Of a DNA stretch of 64,000 bases, positions 14,790-27,206 are shown piece after piece (the stretch's first letter is position 1; every line of letters starts with the position of its first letter). A program made the position numbers and the translations under genes. The notes below the pieces were generated by a model. The model had not been told where the DNA came from, ran no database searches, and was given only the letters and a program-made list of their open reading frames with translations. Source of the DNA: Balanoglossus misakiensis (Eukaryota; Animalia; Hemichordata); contig CM082584.2 of NCBI GenBank assembly GCA_040954595.2, forward strand, positions 8,509,146 to 8,573,145. Direction: 5' to 3'.

Positions 14790-14900
14790 TAGCTGTGGTA
14801 CGCACCTGTACCGTTGGTGTGGGGGGGGGGGGGGCTGATCCGTGGGGTAATCAGCCCCCCCCCCCACCCACCCAAACAGTACAGCTGCGTACCACAGCTA
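14790..14900. mobile_element. Palindromic MITE with poly-G and poly-C arms; a half copy lies at about 19468-19513
   Basis: TAGCTGTGGTACGCA(c/g)CTGTAC...G-run...C-run...GTACAGCTGCGTACCACAGCTA folds over almost its whole length. The same right arm recurs at about 19490-19513. Confidence 0.75.
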
Positions 14901-15124
14901 ATCACGGAAATGCTCATGTTCTGTCCAAAGCAAACCATCTCGAATTTTAATAGTCGAAATAATTTGTGTGGTCAGTACAGATCTGTAACAGGAAATAAAC
15001 CAGGTTCGCCTACACCGTTACACGTGCATTGAAATTAACACATCAGACGTGACAATAATCATGTAAACATACACAAGTTCATAGCACAACACATTCAGTC
15101 ATTGTGGGCGTGTCCTGAACTTAC

Positions 15125-15467
15125 CTCTGGGAGAAACCACGATGCCCGAGTCGTTATTAACCCCGTCTTCTGGCGGTGGAACGGGCAACGGGCGGCTGTG
15201 TCTCCTAGGCACAATTTGGGAAGGCGGTGGCCTGATTTCGTCCAGATACTTTACAAACGTCCCGGGGAAAGTTCCCACTTCCCCCGTAGTTTCGTTCCGT
15301 CCCTTCAGCCAGCATTTGGGTGACTGCACAGTTCCCACAAAGTCCTGGGAACTCTCTGGATCTGTGACGACCAAGATGTCGCCTTTGCGGATTGTGATCA
15401 AGTTTTGATCATCCTCGCCGTCATAGTCAGCGACCGCCTCGTATCTGTATCTGACGCTAACGGCCAT
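15125..15467 (-). CDS. PIK3R: Class IA PI3K regulatory subunit (p85-like), first coding exon with SH3 domain and Pro-rich motif; the gene continues past the window start through a long intron
   Basis: MAVSVRYRYEAVADYDGEDDQNLITIRKGDILVV...WLKGRNETTGEVGTFPGTFVKYL...RPLPVPP resembles the p85 SH3 with its long insert ([22 protein letters not shown]) and the RPLPVAP motif. Acceptor ctaacag at 15501 and phase-1 donor GTAAGT after 15125. Confidence 0.88.
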
Positions 15468-15801
15468 CTTGACTGAACTTGGAAATAGACAGTACACTTC
15501 CTGTTAGGAGCACACGTACGTAATAATATATATTGCACACGGATTTATCCACCTGTGACAGCGATCACAGCCGAGCACAATTTGATTTGTCGCTTACTCA
15601 ACAGATCTGGTGTCTGTATTTAGTCCGAAAAGGTACAGGTGTGTAAGAATGCTATGTTGACACAACTAAACAACCGGGAAAGTTCACGTGTTTTCGATCA
15701 CTTCATTCATAATCATGGAGAAACCGTTCAGGCACCTCCGATTCGCTTGCGCAGCAATAACACTGACAGTACCGATGCAAACAACCCGGTTACTTACTTA
15801 C

Positions 15802-15920
15802 TAATTCAACGTCTGCGTCGTTTCAACGCCAGCAAGGGAATGACAAGTTTGTCGATTGTGCAAACATCACACAACTACTTAGCTAACCCTCTTCTTCCTG
15901 CTGCTGCCGCCATGTTTATA
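15802..15920 (-). promoter_or_regulatory. Putative non-coding leader exon and TSS region of the PI3K regulatory gene
   Basis: YY1-type AAACATGGCG motif at about 15908-15917 on the minus strand and stacked GTAAGTAAGTAA donors at about 15790-15801, upstream of the SH3-exon acceptor. Confidence 0.5.
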
Positions 15921-18408
15921 ACCCAGGTCCGTGGGGTTGTGCTGTGTGACCATCGACCAGACGACGAGTGAGTTTCCTCCGCTGCATGCAGCGTACCGGC
16001 GTGACAGAATAGAAGAGCTCTTTACAGAAGTGGAAGACGAGTGACTCTCTCACATAAGGTTTTACCTCCTGGTAATCAAACAAGCCGTCTCTAACGGTAC
16101 GCGGACGTGACGGACCACATCAACTTTCAGGAAGTTGAAACTTCTGCGCAAAAGTGCCCGGATTAGGGAGTCCACCCATCAGCGTGACTGTGCGTCACGG
16201 CCAGCGCCCCCAGTGGTGGTTCCACAGCCAGATATGTGTTGTACAAACACACCCGAAATATAATAAAGGGGCTTTGTTGAAGGAAGCTGAGAATGATTAG
16301 GAGGAAGGGAGAGGGGGAGGCAAATAGAAGTCTGGATTGAATGCAATTAGTTTTCAAATTTATGATCCCAGTGATGGTAACATAAACAATGGTTATTATG
16401 AGGCAGTGCAAGACTTGTCATCAGAACTGTTGTTGGTGTTCTTAAATCATCTCTCTTGCCAAAAGATTTTGGGACTGGGGTCAAATGGTAGAAATCATGC
16501 TACAACAGGTTTGTTGTCATTGTTTGTGTTGGAGAGTTTTCTTTATTAAGCTGGGACTGTCTGCTGAATTGTGGGCCACTGGGGAATGATGACTTGAAGG
16601 CTGCCGGCACAGAAAGAAATGCAAGTATGGACAAGTGTGCATTTCACAACCATTCTTTTATTTTTACAAAGAAAGAAAGAGAAAGTACAGTTTTCTGAAA
16701 TAAAATGACGCTTTCAGTTCATTGATTGCCACTGTAATTTCAAAACCCTTAAAATATTGGCACTTCTGGTATTGTCTGCAGTTCTCTGTATTGCAGTAAG
16801 CAAACTTAACTGAATGTATTTGGGAGTTAATTATAATTGTACACAAAACACTGAAATAGGAACTATTCCCCCTTGTCTTGAATTAAAGCCCCATTTAGCA
16901 ATTTGTTCATGATTTTATTAGTTATTATTGTTACTCTGATCAAATGTGGTGTGATAATTATCATGCATGTTCGCATGAGCTATAGCTGTGGACTATTAAA
17001 ATGTATAAAAAAAACAATATAGAAGTTTTAAAGATTTTTAACAATAAGGCACAATGAAATTATGACACTGTCTAAGAATTCACACAGGTCTAGGTGCTGT
17101 CTGACACCCAGCAGTCAGTCTTTCCGCTGTGATCAAGTCTCGCTTACAATGCGTGCGTACCATCAGGTACACGTACACAGTCAGCTGTGTTTCGGGCGAG
17201 TATGTACAGCAACCACACTCTGATCAGCTGCAGAATTTATAGTACCACATATTTGGAGATATTTTCACAGTAGTGATTCAACAAGTGTCATTACACTCGG
17301 CATGCATCAGCCTGCAAACTAGCAATGGGCCAATAACACCCAGGCCCCAATCAACCGTAAATAAAAAAAAACTCTGCTTGCAGTGATGCTGCTAATAACA
17401 AAACCAGAAAACAAATTATGAAATGTCAGTTCTGCACCAAAAATAGACACCAAAATCTGTGCACCCAATTGCGATAATGAATGCACATGGCCATACAAGT
17501 ATAGAATGAAAAAAATTACTGACCTGAAATCCTAAATAAGTTAATATACACAACTTTCAAAATGACTGACAGCAATACCCTGGTGCGACTGTATTACAGC
17601 TATATTACCAAGACAAATAACTTCTACCTCGAAAAGAATGAAGTTTACCTGAAACAAAAGAAAGCTAGACATCTTCTATAATTTACTGGACAAAAAAATC
17701 TTGATTTTGGTTTGATAGTTGAAATTGCCAGAAAAGCCCCTCTTCACTGATTGCTCCCAGTGAAAAGGGGATTTCATCCAAAAAAGTTAGTCATCGATCT
17801 CAAATATAGTGAATAATACAGTATATAGTATTTTCATCTTCTTTACTTGATTTTTTGTTTGGATGATATGTATCTTGGGTAGTTACCATTTCCACTTGGC
17901 TAACAGTGACTCAGCAGTGATGACCATCTCATCTGAGATCAGATATTTGATTGGTTCATTCACTGGTCCCTTTGACAGAATCCACCTTTCCGACCAATGA
18001 GGTAACGGTTTACATTTTGGGTTTTGTACAGCCTCATTCAGCAAGACAAATTCCAGATTGGCTCATTTACTGGCAATTTTCATAGATCTTTCTGTGAGAT
18101 GAGGTAAAGCCTTACATTTTTTTTTGGTTTAGTTCAAGAACATTGATATGACAGACAATAGGAACAATCTGTTTATGAGTATGGTGGTGTTTTTTTCGGA
18201 CATTGTTATCAGAGTGGCTGTTACAATTGTGTATCGGAAGATGCCAGGCCATTGTCCTCTGAAAAGTTCATAAGTCCGCTACCATCATTTCTCATCCTGC
18301 GAAGGAAAATAAGAAAAAAAAGAGCCCCTACGTCAGTCCACAAATTACCCAGGAATAGGTGCATTTCACTATCAAGGAAAGCTATTTGGACTTATATCAT
18401 GAAGAATA

Positions 18409-19891
18409 CTACCACAGGGGGAAAATGCAACAAGAAAAGAAACATGGTACTGACCGGACAAAGCGTCGAAGTCTCCTCCATTTCTTGATCCTTGCATGTA
18501 CGACAGAAACAAAGAGGATGATGATTCCGATGCCGACGGATCCCACGATGATGCCGATGACAAGGTCGGTGATGTTCATTTTGTAGCTGTGGTCCACCAC
18601 GGCCGTGTTTTGGTACTGGCTGCCCACTTCATAGGCGGGTCCCAGTGATTCGGTCTCGTTGGAGCAAACGGTTTTGTTGAAGTCGACGCCTGAAATCGAA
18701 GCACATTAATTAATCTCTTAGGATTCTTCCAGATTATTAGTGGCGGGTGCATTGTATAGCTGGAGTGGAAGACCATGGATATGCATCTGTGAAACCTGAC
18801 ATACTGGTTGGGTTTTGCTGTCACTTTTCGTCACACCACAAGCGTGGCCGAAATTCTGCATGGCTTGTTGTTAAACAATGAACAGACAGACCACTCTTGG
18901 GGTAACATTGGTCAAGTAACTATGGTAACACTTCTGCAAACCCATCAATATGAGTTTACTGATATACAGATGGTAACCCCAGTAACATTAACCTGGGCCG
19001 GCTCCGCCCTTACATGAACAAAAATACAAAATTCTATTTGAGGTATGGAGAATTCCATGCCCAAAACCTACGGTACCTATTAAGAAAGTCATCGGTTTGG
19101 ACGCGAGAGTGGCATGGTCGTCGCCATCATGTGTACACGATGCACTGATGGTGTACACTGTTCGCGGTTTGACGAACGGATGCAAGAACTCCTGTCCGCT
19201 GGATGGCCTGGTGTTGTGCTGAAACTCTATCTCTGCACCTTTGGCTTTGCCGTAGGTGATGTGGCAGACAGTGTTTTCCGGCGGCAGAGGGGAGTTCCAC
19301 GTGACGGCAGTGGTTGACAGATCGCGGTTGGTGACACACACCGTCACTTGGGTGTCGATGGGTAATACCAATTCTGTGGAAAGGACATGAACAAATAAGA
19401 CTTGGTGACGTTGGTTCCGCCTCAAAAGAATATTCAACAAGACCATGTGTTTACTCAACTGACAGCTCCCCCCCCCCCCCCTCCCCCAACGGTACAGCTG
19501 CGTACCACAGCTACACATTTATACGGACCATTCGTGGGGCATTGTTGCTAGTATATTTGTGCTACAGTAGTGTACATATCAACAACACGCAGTATCGATT
19601 ATGAATATTCCGATGGCCAAGGCGTCTCTGCACAGAAACTCACTGGTGATGCAGAAATTCCATTCCCATTTATGTAAATACCGACTACTGGGATGTCACC
19701 AAACATGTGTGTTGTGCCGGAGTTACCGTAAACTTATCCCCAAGAGATAAACTTCAAAACGAATCGATCGATAAACTTTTAGCCCTTTTGACGCGTGACG
19801 TTGAAAGTAAATGAAACTTACCCGGAGATCGTTTCCGTGATTCTGTATTCGCTATGACCTCAAAGAGAATGATAGCCACAAAGAAATTCAT
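18409..19891 (-). CDS. Single-pass type I membrane protein: signal peptide, one FN3-like domain, TM helix and short Cys-rich tail (about 215 aa; exons 19891-19822, 19373-19077, 18689-18409)
   Basis: MNFFVAIILFEVIANTES signal peptide, FN3 pattern TAVTW..P....YG......VKPRTVYTISASC, TM LVIGIIVGSVGIGIIILFVSVV then RIKKWRR. Both introns are GT-AG in phase 1 and keep the frame. Confidence 0.75.
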
Positions 19892-20056
19892 TTCGGCACT
19901 TCGGTTTGCTAAATTCCGGATGCATTTAGGAAAGAACGACGGCGTAACTAGATATGATAGAGGAACAAGAACAAGTCGTAAACATCCCAATGTGTGACGG
20001 CCATTTTGAATACTGCCCTCAAAGGCCAAGGAACGTTCTCCTTTGTTTTTCGAATG

Positions 20057-20144
20057 CTATTTAAGAACCTTGGTGGTGTCGGCCCATGTATAAAATCCTA
20101 TTTAAGAACCTTGGTGACATCGGCCCATGTATAAAATCCTATTT
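20057..20144. repeat. 41-bp tandem duplication (about 2.1 copies)
   Basis: CTATTTAAGAACCTTGGTG(gtg/aca)TCGGCCCATGTATAAAATC is repeated directly. Confidence 0.9.
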
Positions 20145-21721
20145 TGAATTCTTACAAGATGTTGACAGTCAGGGTTTAGTATGAACATTTTTTTGCGCAA
20201 TGCATGCGTTATTCTTGCACTGATATATGCATGTTTTGGGGGTCATTATTCTAAAGTGAATAAAACGGTCGCGATTCATGAAGAGGAACTTCGAATTAAT
20301 CTGTGGTCGAAAATTTATAGCCTTGTACGTCCACACCTTCACTCCGGTAGATCTCCCGACGTATGTCTGTGATCCCCCCCCCCCCCCCCATCTACTTATT
20401 GACAACACCAGTAGCACAACGGCTTTGTGTAAATTGAACCAATGTTTTGTAGATGACGTACCCATCGTCTGTACGACTGCAAAGCCTGCATGCGGGACGC
20501 TCACCTACTTCCAAGTTGTCGTCTTACGTAACCGAGCGATAAAAATTACCGGTGTCGTCGTGTCCCACCGTGTATTCTTTTGTCAGCTCCATGCAATAGG
20601 AGACTCTTGTCGTTTCAAATGACAATGTATGGTATTAGCATCTTGTACAACATAAAATGTGTCATCGATTAAAGTATAACGGTCCATACCAACCACTTAC
20701 CTGGAATTTCGCCCGCGGTCATCATTGATTTCATCTGGGCCTGATCGAACGTCGCCGTCATATTTATTTCTTGCGGTAGTTGTCCGAGATTTATTAAGAG
20801 TAGTGCATAGTGCAAGTTCGCTCCACAAACGAAGGACGCGTTTTCCCCTGTAAAATGCTTTCCCAAAACTAGACAATGTTAACCATTTTGTGTTTACTTC
20901 ATATTATCATTTTTATTTCTGAAAGCCTTATACCATAGGCAGCGCTGCGGTCTAATGTCTATGGTATGGACATGCATCAAATGAAAACTAAATTTGTATT
21001 TGGATAGAAGGAGGTGCACATTAGGATCAGTGTATATTGTCCAGTTGTTAGTTGTAATTGGCTAATCGGCCCGAGACAGATTTTACAATTATCGCGTGTC
21101 ATGGAACAGTAACTCTATTGAGTCAAGGCTTTGGAAACGTAAAACAAGCGTACTTGTCTAATGTCCACTATTCCAAATGTATAGTATTAGACCCTGAATT
21201 TGGCATGGATGCAACAAAAGTAACCGTGCTTTCGCCTATATGCGGTATGTGCAAGATCATGATTTGACCTGTGTTTTACTAGTTGTCTGTGATTGAAACC
21301 CCATAGACCCACGTCCGATCTATAATCGAATCAAAGCTAACATGTGTATTGTCGAGATTGACTGTTGGTATTTCGAAGGGGTCTATTGATTGGTATCATT
21401 CTTTCGTTAATGAGGCAAATTGACGGTCATTTCGCGGTTGGAACCTGTTTGCTGCAGGTGTCATCAATGGGACAATGGAAACAAGCCCTTGTTTTAACGA
21501 GGACTCTTTGAGCGGCTGTCACGGCAACGGGTCGTCGTCATTCTCTTCAGCCTGGGTCGGGAAGTGAGCGTTCCCTTCACTCTCTACGCACAGGATCGCG
21601 TTAGAAAGTCCGACGTCGCCGCGAGAGAGACACAAACTGAAAAGAAACACTAGCCCTGAGGAAGTAGGTTTACAACGATCTCGTGAGTAGAGTGTTTGCT
21701 CCTCTGTAGTCGGATTTCTTC

Positions 21722-22438
21722 ATGCCGGACACATATTTGACAGAATCTCCCATTGACCGACCACCTGTTCCGATGGCAGCGGCCACTGCGCAACACCCTC
21801 CGCTGAAGGAGAAGCAGCTCGTCCAGTTCGAAAAGCAGACGGACACCTTTCCCAAGTCGGGCGTCAGAAAACCCTCCATGGCTGGCGAGAAGAAGAGGAG
21901 GACCTCGGTGATGTCTTCGGGTTCCACCACGGGGCTGGACGGACCCGCGCGGCGACGGAAGTCATCGGTGGTATCCATGCACGGCGGCGGTCGGCGCTTG
22001 TCGAGGGTAGGGTCGACGTGGGGGCTGTCGTTGAACAAAATCAACCAGAGCCAACAGAGCAACAACCGACCCGTGATCAAATACGAGAACACCTACAAGA
22101 TGAAGCCGGACTCGGGGACGCATTTCGACGTCGGCCGGGTGAAGAAGAGCATCAAGGCGTTGATGGAGTTGATGCTCGCCGACACCAGATATAACCCGAC
22201 GTCGGCCAAAGTGGCGTCCAACCAACTCTGCGAGAAAATCAAGCAGACGGTCAAAGACTTGGGCTACGTCAGGTACAAAATCGTCTGCTCTGTTCTGATC
22301 GGCGAAATCAAGGACCACGGGGTCCAAATCGCCAGTCGGTGCGTGTGGGATTCCACGACTGACAACTTTGCCACGGAGGTATTCAAAAACAGTTCACTTT
22401 TTGCCGTTGCATCAGTATACGGTATCTACTACGAATGA
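21722..22438 (+). CDS. Tctex1 domain-containing dynein light chain (TCTEX1D1/DYNLT5-like), single coding exon
   Basis: Hallmark YENTYKMKP, then RYKIVCSVLIGE...SRCVWDSTTDNFATEVFKNSSLFAVASVYGIYYE. The long basic N-terminus has RRxS phosphorylation motifs. Confidence 0.92.
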   Translation: MPDTYLTESPIDRPPVPMAAATAQHPPLKEKQLVQFEKQTDTFPKSGVRKPSMAGEKKRRTSVMSSGSTTGLDGPARRRKSSVVSMHGGGRRLSRVGSTWGLSLNKINQSQQSNNRPVIKYENTYKMKPDSGTHFDVGRVKKSIKALMELMLADTRYNPTSAKVASNQLCEKIKQTVKDLGYVRYKIVCSVLIGEIKDHGVQIASRCVWDSTTDNFATEVFKNSSLFAVASVYGIYYE

Positions 22439-23250
22439 AGACAATATAACAGAGCAGCATCATGATCTACATTGAGTTGTCGCCATTCGCGAAAAATCGT
22501 TTTCCTCGCGATTTTTGGCTTGTTGACGCCAATAAACTTTGACTCGGGGAACTTTGTGTTTTAAGAATGACTACTGGACAACAAGTTTAAAGTTTCGGAG
22601 TTGCATTTATTATTCTGTCTTGGTGGTTATATCGACCGTTTTACATAACAAGGACATTTAGTTTTACAGTCGCACGTTGTTTATTGCTCGAGTTTCAATA
22701 TTCTTCCAATCCATGTCGTATGTTTTTAAATGTATAGATACTGAATGTTTTGACATTTGTTGTGTTCTTGAGTTAGAGTTAAATAAAATTTAGGTAAATG
22801 ATTTCTCACGTCAGCCAGGCGAACACCGCGGCCTTTTGTTGCAGATTCTGACCTCCATGTCTTTATACACATTAATCATATGCCTAGTAACTTTTCCCCT
22901 GGTTCTAGACATAACCATATTAGGGAATATCTTCCCACCCTGTTTCTATAGAGACTGTCACATGATGTCGCGCTTTCACACTTGGACCACAGCACAGTTC
23001 ATTGGCTCTTATTGATCCCATCTTGGATTCTTCAATATGGTTCTTCATCCTGATAATGTAAAATTGATTATGATATGATAAATAAAACCTTACACAGGAC
23101 CGATGGTAGCATGATATAATATAATCTCTATTATACATCAAACACCAGGTAACTCTTAGCCTGGTCTCCATACCCCTGAAAGGCCAAAGGTCAGGTCAAA
23201 GGTCATTGACGGCGCCCTCTGGAGGAGAAGAAAAGCCCGAATCACCTACC

Positions 23251-26200
23251 ATGGCGGAATGTGGTACCTGCGGGGCTGTCGACGATTTCTACGTCGAAGA
23301 TGGCTTCTATTTCTGTAATGAATGCAACACACAAAGCCAGGTCAGTGATGAAGCGCAAGATGGCCAGAGTTGAGCGACCTGGCTCATGTAGCTAGCTGAG
23401 CGTGCGTGCATACAAATGGCACATACGATCGCCGTGTAACAAACAGCTCACACGTGACTGTGGATGTTTATCTTACCAGTAATACAAAGTTGTTAGTGGC
23501 CAATAATAATATGCTAATAAATTAAATTCACTAAAGTACAAACTCATGTTTCGTGTAATATTTTGCTGCCAACACAGGATGTCAGAGACATTCAACAAGA
23601 AGATGAATTCATGGAATCGGCAAACATGTCATCACTACGACTCAAGAAGTCCGCTGAATCAGCAATGGAAAACAAAGGTAAGAGTTGTCCTTTTGTCATA
23701 CCACAGGGGGCACAGTAGCTGTGGAAATGCAGCTGTTCCGCCACTGTACTTTGCCATTGACACCAGTCAGAATGATAGATGTATTTATTTTCTCCATATC
23801 ACTGCAGTCATTGACCGGGGAAAACCTTGGTTTACATACGAAGCCTTCCAGTGCATTATCAAGGAGCAAGTTGATTCGCTCCTCAAGAAAGGCGTATCCC
23901 CAAAACTGAAGGTAAGTGACATTGAGCTTTACACGTACAGAATCTCCTTTCTTTTCAGTAATACTAGGCTGATATACAGTGATAGTGTTTCTGAAACATT
24001 TCGAATTTTACCCTGTGTGAACCTGGTACATTACTTGATGGTGATGCTCGGGTTATGGGTATACACAAATCTACAGAAAATCATGTAAATTTTACAGGAT
24101 GTGGTGCAGCAGATTTGGTTTGTTTACCTCAAGACGTCTGGTGTGGCATTCACAGGGAAAGATGTCGGGCGAGAGAATATCTTCGACACGGCGTACGCCA
24201 GATTGAGAGACAGGTGCCCAGGAACTGTTGACGATCCCGATATTAAATGGCCGTACAGATTGGGACGGAAGCCCCGTGCAAGCCGAGCAGTAATACAATC
24301 TTCTGGTTCAGCTTCAGAGTCGGTGAGAATATTTACCCTTTCACCCCCCAGTTCCCTCTTTGGCGGTCCAAACCTTGCCGTAGATCTTGCACACTGTGAG
24401 TGCCATTCTTTTGTTTTTTCCAGGATGTTCCGGATTGGCTCTCGGAGGAGGAATTTTATCCGGGAGATAATCCGTTCAGCGACCTTTCCGGCAGCAGTAG
24501 CAGCGGTACTGATGACTCGGACGTCGACATCAGAAGTGTCGGGTCCATGGACAGTCAGGTGCACACCAAGTGCAAGAGGGCGCCCTTGCAGAAAATGACC
24601 ATGGATCTGACCATCTGCTTTCTCTACCTGGCCCTCCTGTTGCTAGGGGAACCAGTCTTGCTCTGTGATTTGCTGAGGTAAGAATGTGAATTCATCTGTG
24701 TCCATGTCTGATCAGCATCAGCAAGTGGCTGTGAAATGGTTAAAGTACCATCTTGTTTTTCTTCCCAGGTGGATAAATGACGGTCATGTGACTTACATAG
24801 CAGCCAGCAGAGTCTTACCAAAGCACATGAAGTTCTCATTGAACGACAGCAATACATTCTGTACTATGGTGAGTCCTGGATCACAGATATACAACAATTA
24901 CATTATAATCTTTCTTATAGCCTTCTTAGAGAATGTTTTTCATTGAGCATTTTAGTATTTTTCCTGCTGAGGGGTAGTCTGGTCACTTGGGTGTAGTGCG
25001 GTTTTGACAAAATGAGAGAAAATATCAGATAATATGTTCAGAATTTTCTTACAGGTGTTACCAACCAACCTGAGAATCAGATATAAAGTTGGACGACTAG
25101 CACACTACATCAGGATTCATGAGTTGCCACCAATCAATGTCAATAAAATAGCTGGCAGATTTATCCTAGAACTACAACTGCCCAGTAAGAACAACTCTTC
25201 AATCTACGATGCCGTTTTTTGCAAAGTCTGAAATTAATTTAAAATTTTCTCTTTAGTTTTTCTCAATTACTCTCAATTAAGCAAAGAGATTTACTTATTT
25301 CTTTTTTGTGTTTTTCAAAGGCGAGTTTCACAGTTACGTCAGGAACTTGACCGACAAACCTGGTGCCAATATCGAAATGACTATATCATCAAGGAAGAAA
25401 AGGCTGGTGTACTTTGAAGGCATCGCCATGGCGTACGTTGTTGTGGCCCTCAAGATGATGTTTGTCTTGGACGACAACAACGAGCACGTCATATCGGAGA
25501 ACGCCAGGTGTCTGCAGAAATCCTTGCCGTCAGGTAGAGTGCTTTTTCCTTCGTCTATGCAAGAACTCTCGGATGAGAGTCCAAGTATGGGCGTTTTCTG
25601 CAATTGACTTCTCATCATGCCACTTGAATATTCTACTGACACAGTGACATCCCTTGAATGATTTTTTTTCACCTGTGCAGGCGTCAAGCTCTTCATCTGG
25701 GATGAATGGACGAAATTCATGAAAGCCAGGATGAAACTGTACGAATCGAGATCATCTAGTAATTTGCCAAGGTAAAGGTCTTTTAAAAGAGTACGCCATG
25801 CTATTGTCACAACTTAGAGCATAGACTGAAGAGCTGAGTTTCAGCAAACTGCTTTATAATTAGTTTTATTTATTTATTTATTTGCGAAGGGATGTGAGGA
25901 AGTTAGTGGACATAAAGCCCTATGCACGAAATTTCAAAGAAGTTACAAGCAAATGGAAAGGAATCTACTCTGTAATAAGTCAGAAAGGTGAGTCAAATTG
26001 TCAGTGTACTTATAAAGGGAAAAAAATGACCACAACAATGTACCAAGAACAGCACAGAAACCGTTTCATATCAAACAAAATTGAGCAAAAAAGGCTCAAA
26101 AGAGAGTGACTTTGCCCTAATATGGCATGGTCATGTTTTTCGTCTACAGTGTCTTACACATGACCTGTCAAACATTCTCGTTTGTCTCTTTTCCTTTTCA

Positions 26201-26830
26201 GCCAAGAAACGCAAGCAAGAAGTCGTCATCAAGGAACAGCAGAAGCCGTTCCACGTCTTACAAGAGGCTCTCAGGGAGAAGTCAACAGACGCACCCGAAA
26301 TGTCCTCGTTCTGTCACCCTTGCCCGAACAGTCGGGACCCCGCAGACGAAGAAACTGAACAAGAAGAGGGACAGACGTTTTTAACGCACACCGTGCAGTA
26401 CGTCGCGAACTCTCGCATGTTCGCAAGGAAAATGGACGTCGACGACGGCCGAGGTGGCGACTCGTCCGCCGATGAAACGGAGGAGAGGGACCCGGACACA
26501 AACGAAAGATCGCCGGGTGCCAGCAACAGAGGGCGCACTGCACTAGACCCGTTTTCCATGTTTTCCAGAGCTCGCCGGGAATACGTCGTGTACCCGGAGT
26601 ACAGGATTGCGAAAATGGACGTGGGCGGAAGGTTCCCCGAGGCGAACGAAGAGTTCCACCACTCCTACAGGTGGCTGCTGGAGCTATGCGCGGCCATGTT
26701 GCAGACAACAATGTGGGACATGCACGACCAAGTTGTCCTGGTCGAGAAAATGATCGGGATCACATCAAACCTGGCCGACAGGACCTTAAAGAAAAGGAAA
26801 CGTGGGACGAAAAGAATATGGGAAAGATAG
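23251..26830 (+). CDS. TAF1B: TATA-binding protein-associated factor RNA polymerase I subunit B (RRN7 family), 11 exons: 23251-23340, 23578-23677, 23808-23911, 24098-24322, 24424-24677, 24769-24868, 25055-25184, 25321-25533, 25681-25771, 25890-25987, 26202-26830
   Basis: N-terminal zinc ribbon CGTCGAVDDFYVEDGFYFCNECNTQSQ; WFTYEAFQCII; TICFLYLALL...LLCDLLRWINDGHVTY; YFEGIAMAYVVVALKMMFVLDDNNEH; FHHSYRWLLELCA. All splice phases are consistent. Confidence 0.92.
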
Positions 26831-27206
26831 TATGCAATCAGAAGGTTGGAGATTGGACTCGGCAAATGACACTGGAAGAAAAGTTTTGGCACAGAAAAAG
26901 GATTATTTCAATGACTAAAATGAGTCATTTCAATACTTGCATTCAAACCTATCGTATTTGTTCACAATACAGCAGGGAATGTTGAATTATAAATAAAAGA
27001 ATGACAGTCACAACATTATAGTCAATCAATTGTGATAATTTAATGCAATATGTGAAGAACTATAATATATATCTCCCAGGTGCATAATAATAGACCAACA
27101 TATCGTTTCTTCGTTGAGATGTCGATCTTTTACCCACAATGCAATTTATTATAATGTTATATGGACTCTCTAGCAAGAAGTAAATTCATATTTAAAGTAG
27201 TAAGAA

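Noticed and set aside
20700-20761. Exon-like MTATFDQAQMKSMMTAGEIP with a GTAAGT donor on the minus strand
   Set aside because: The nearest acceptor gives a stop. At most it is an alternative 5' exon of the FN3 gene, and this is unsupported.
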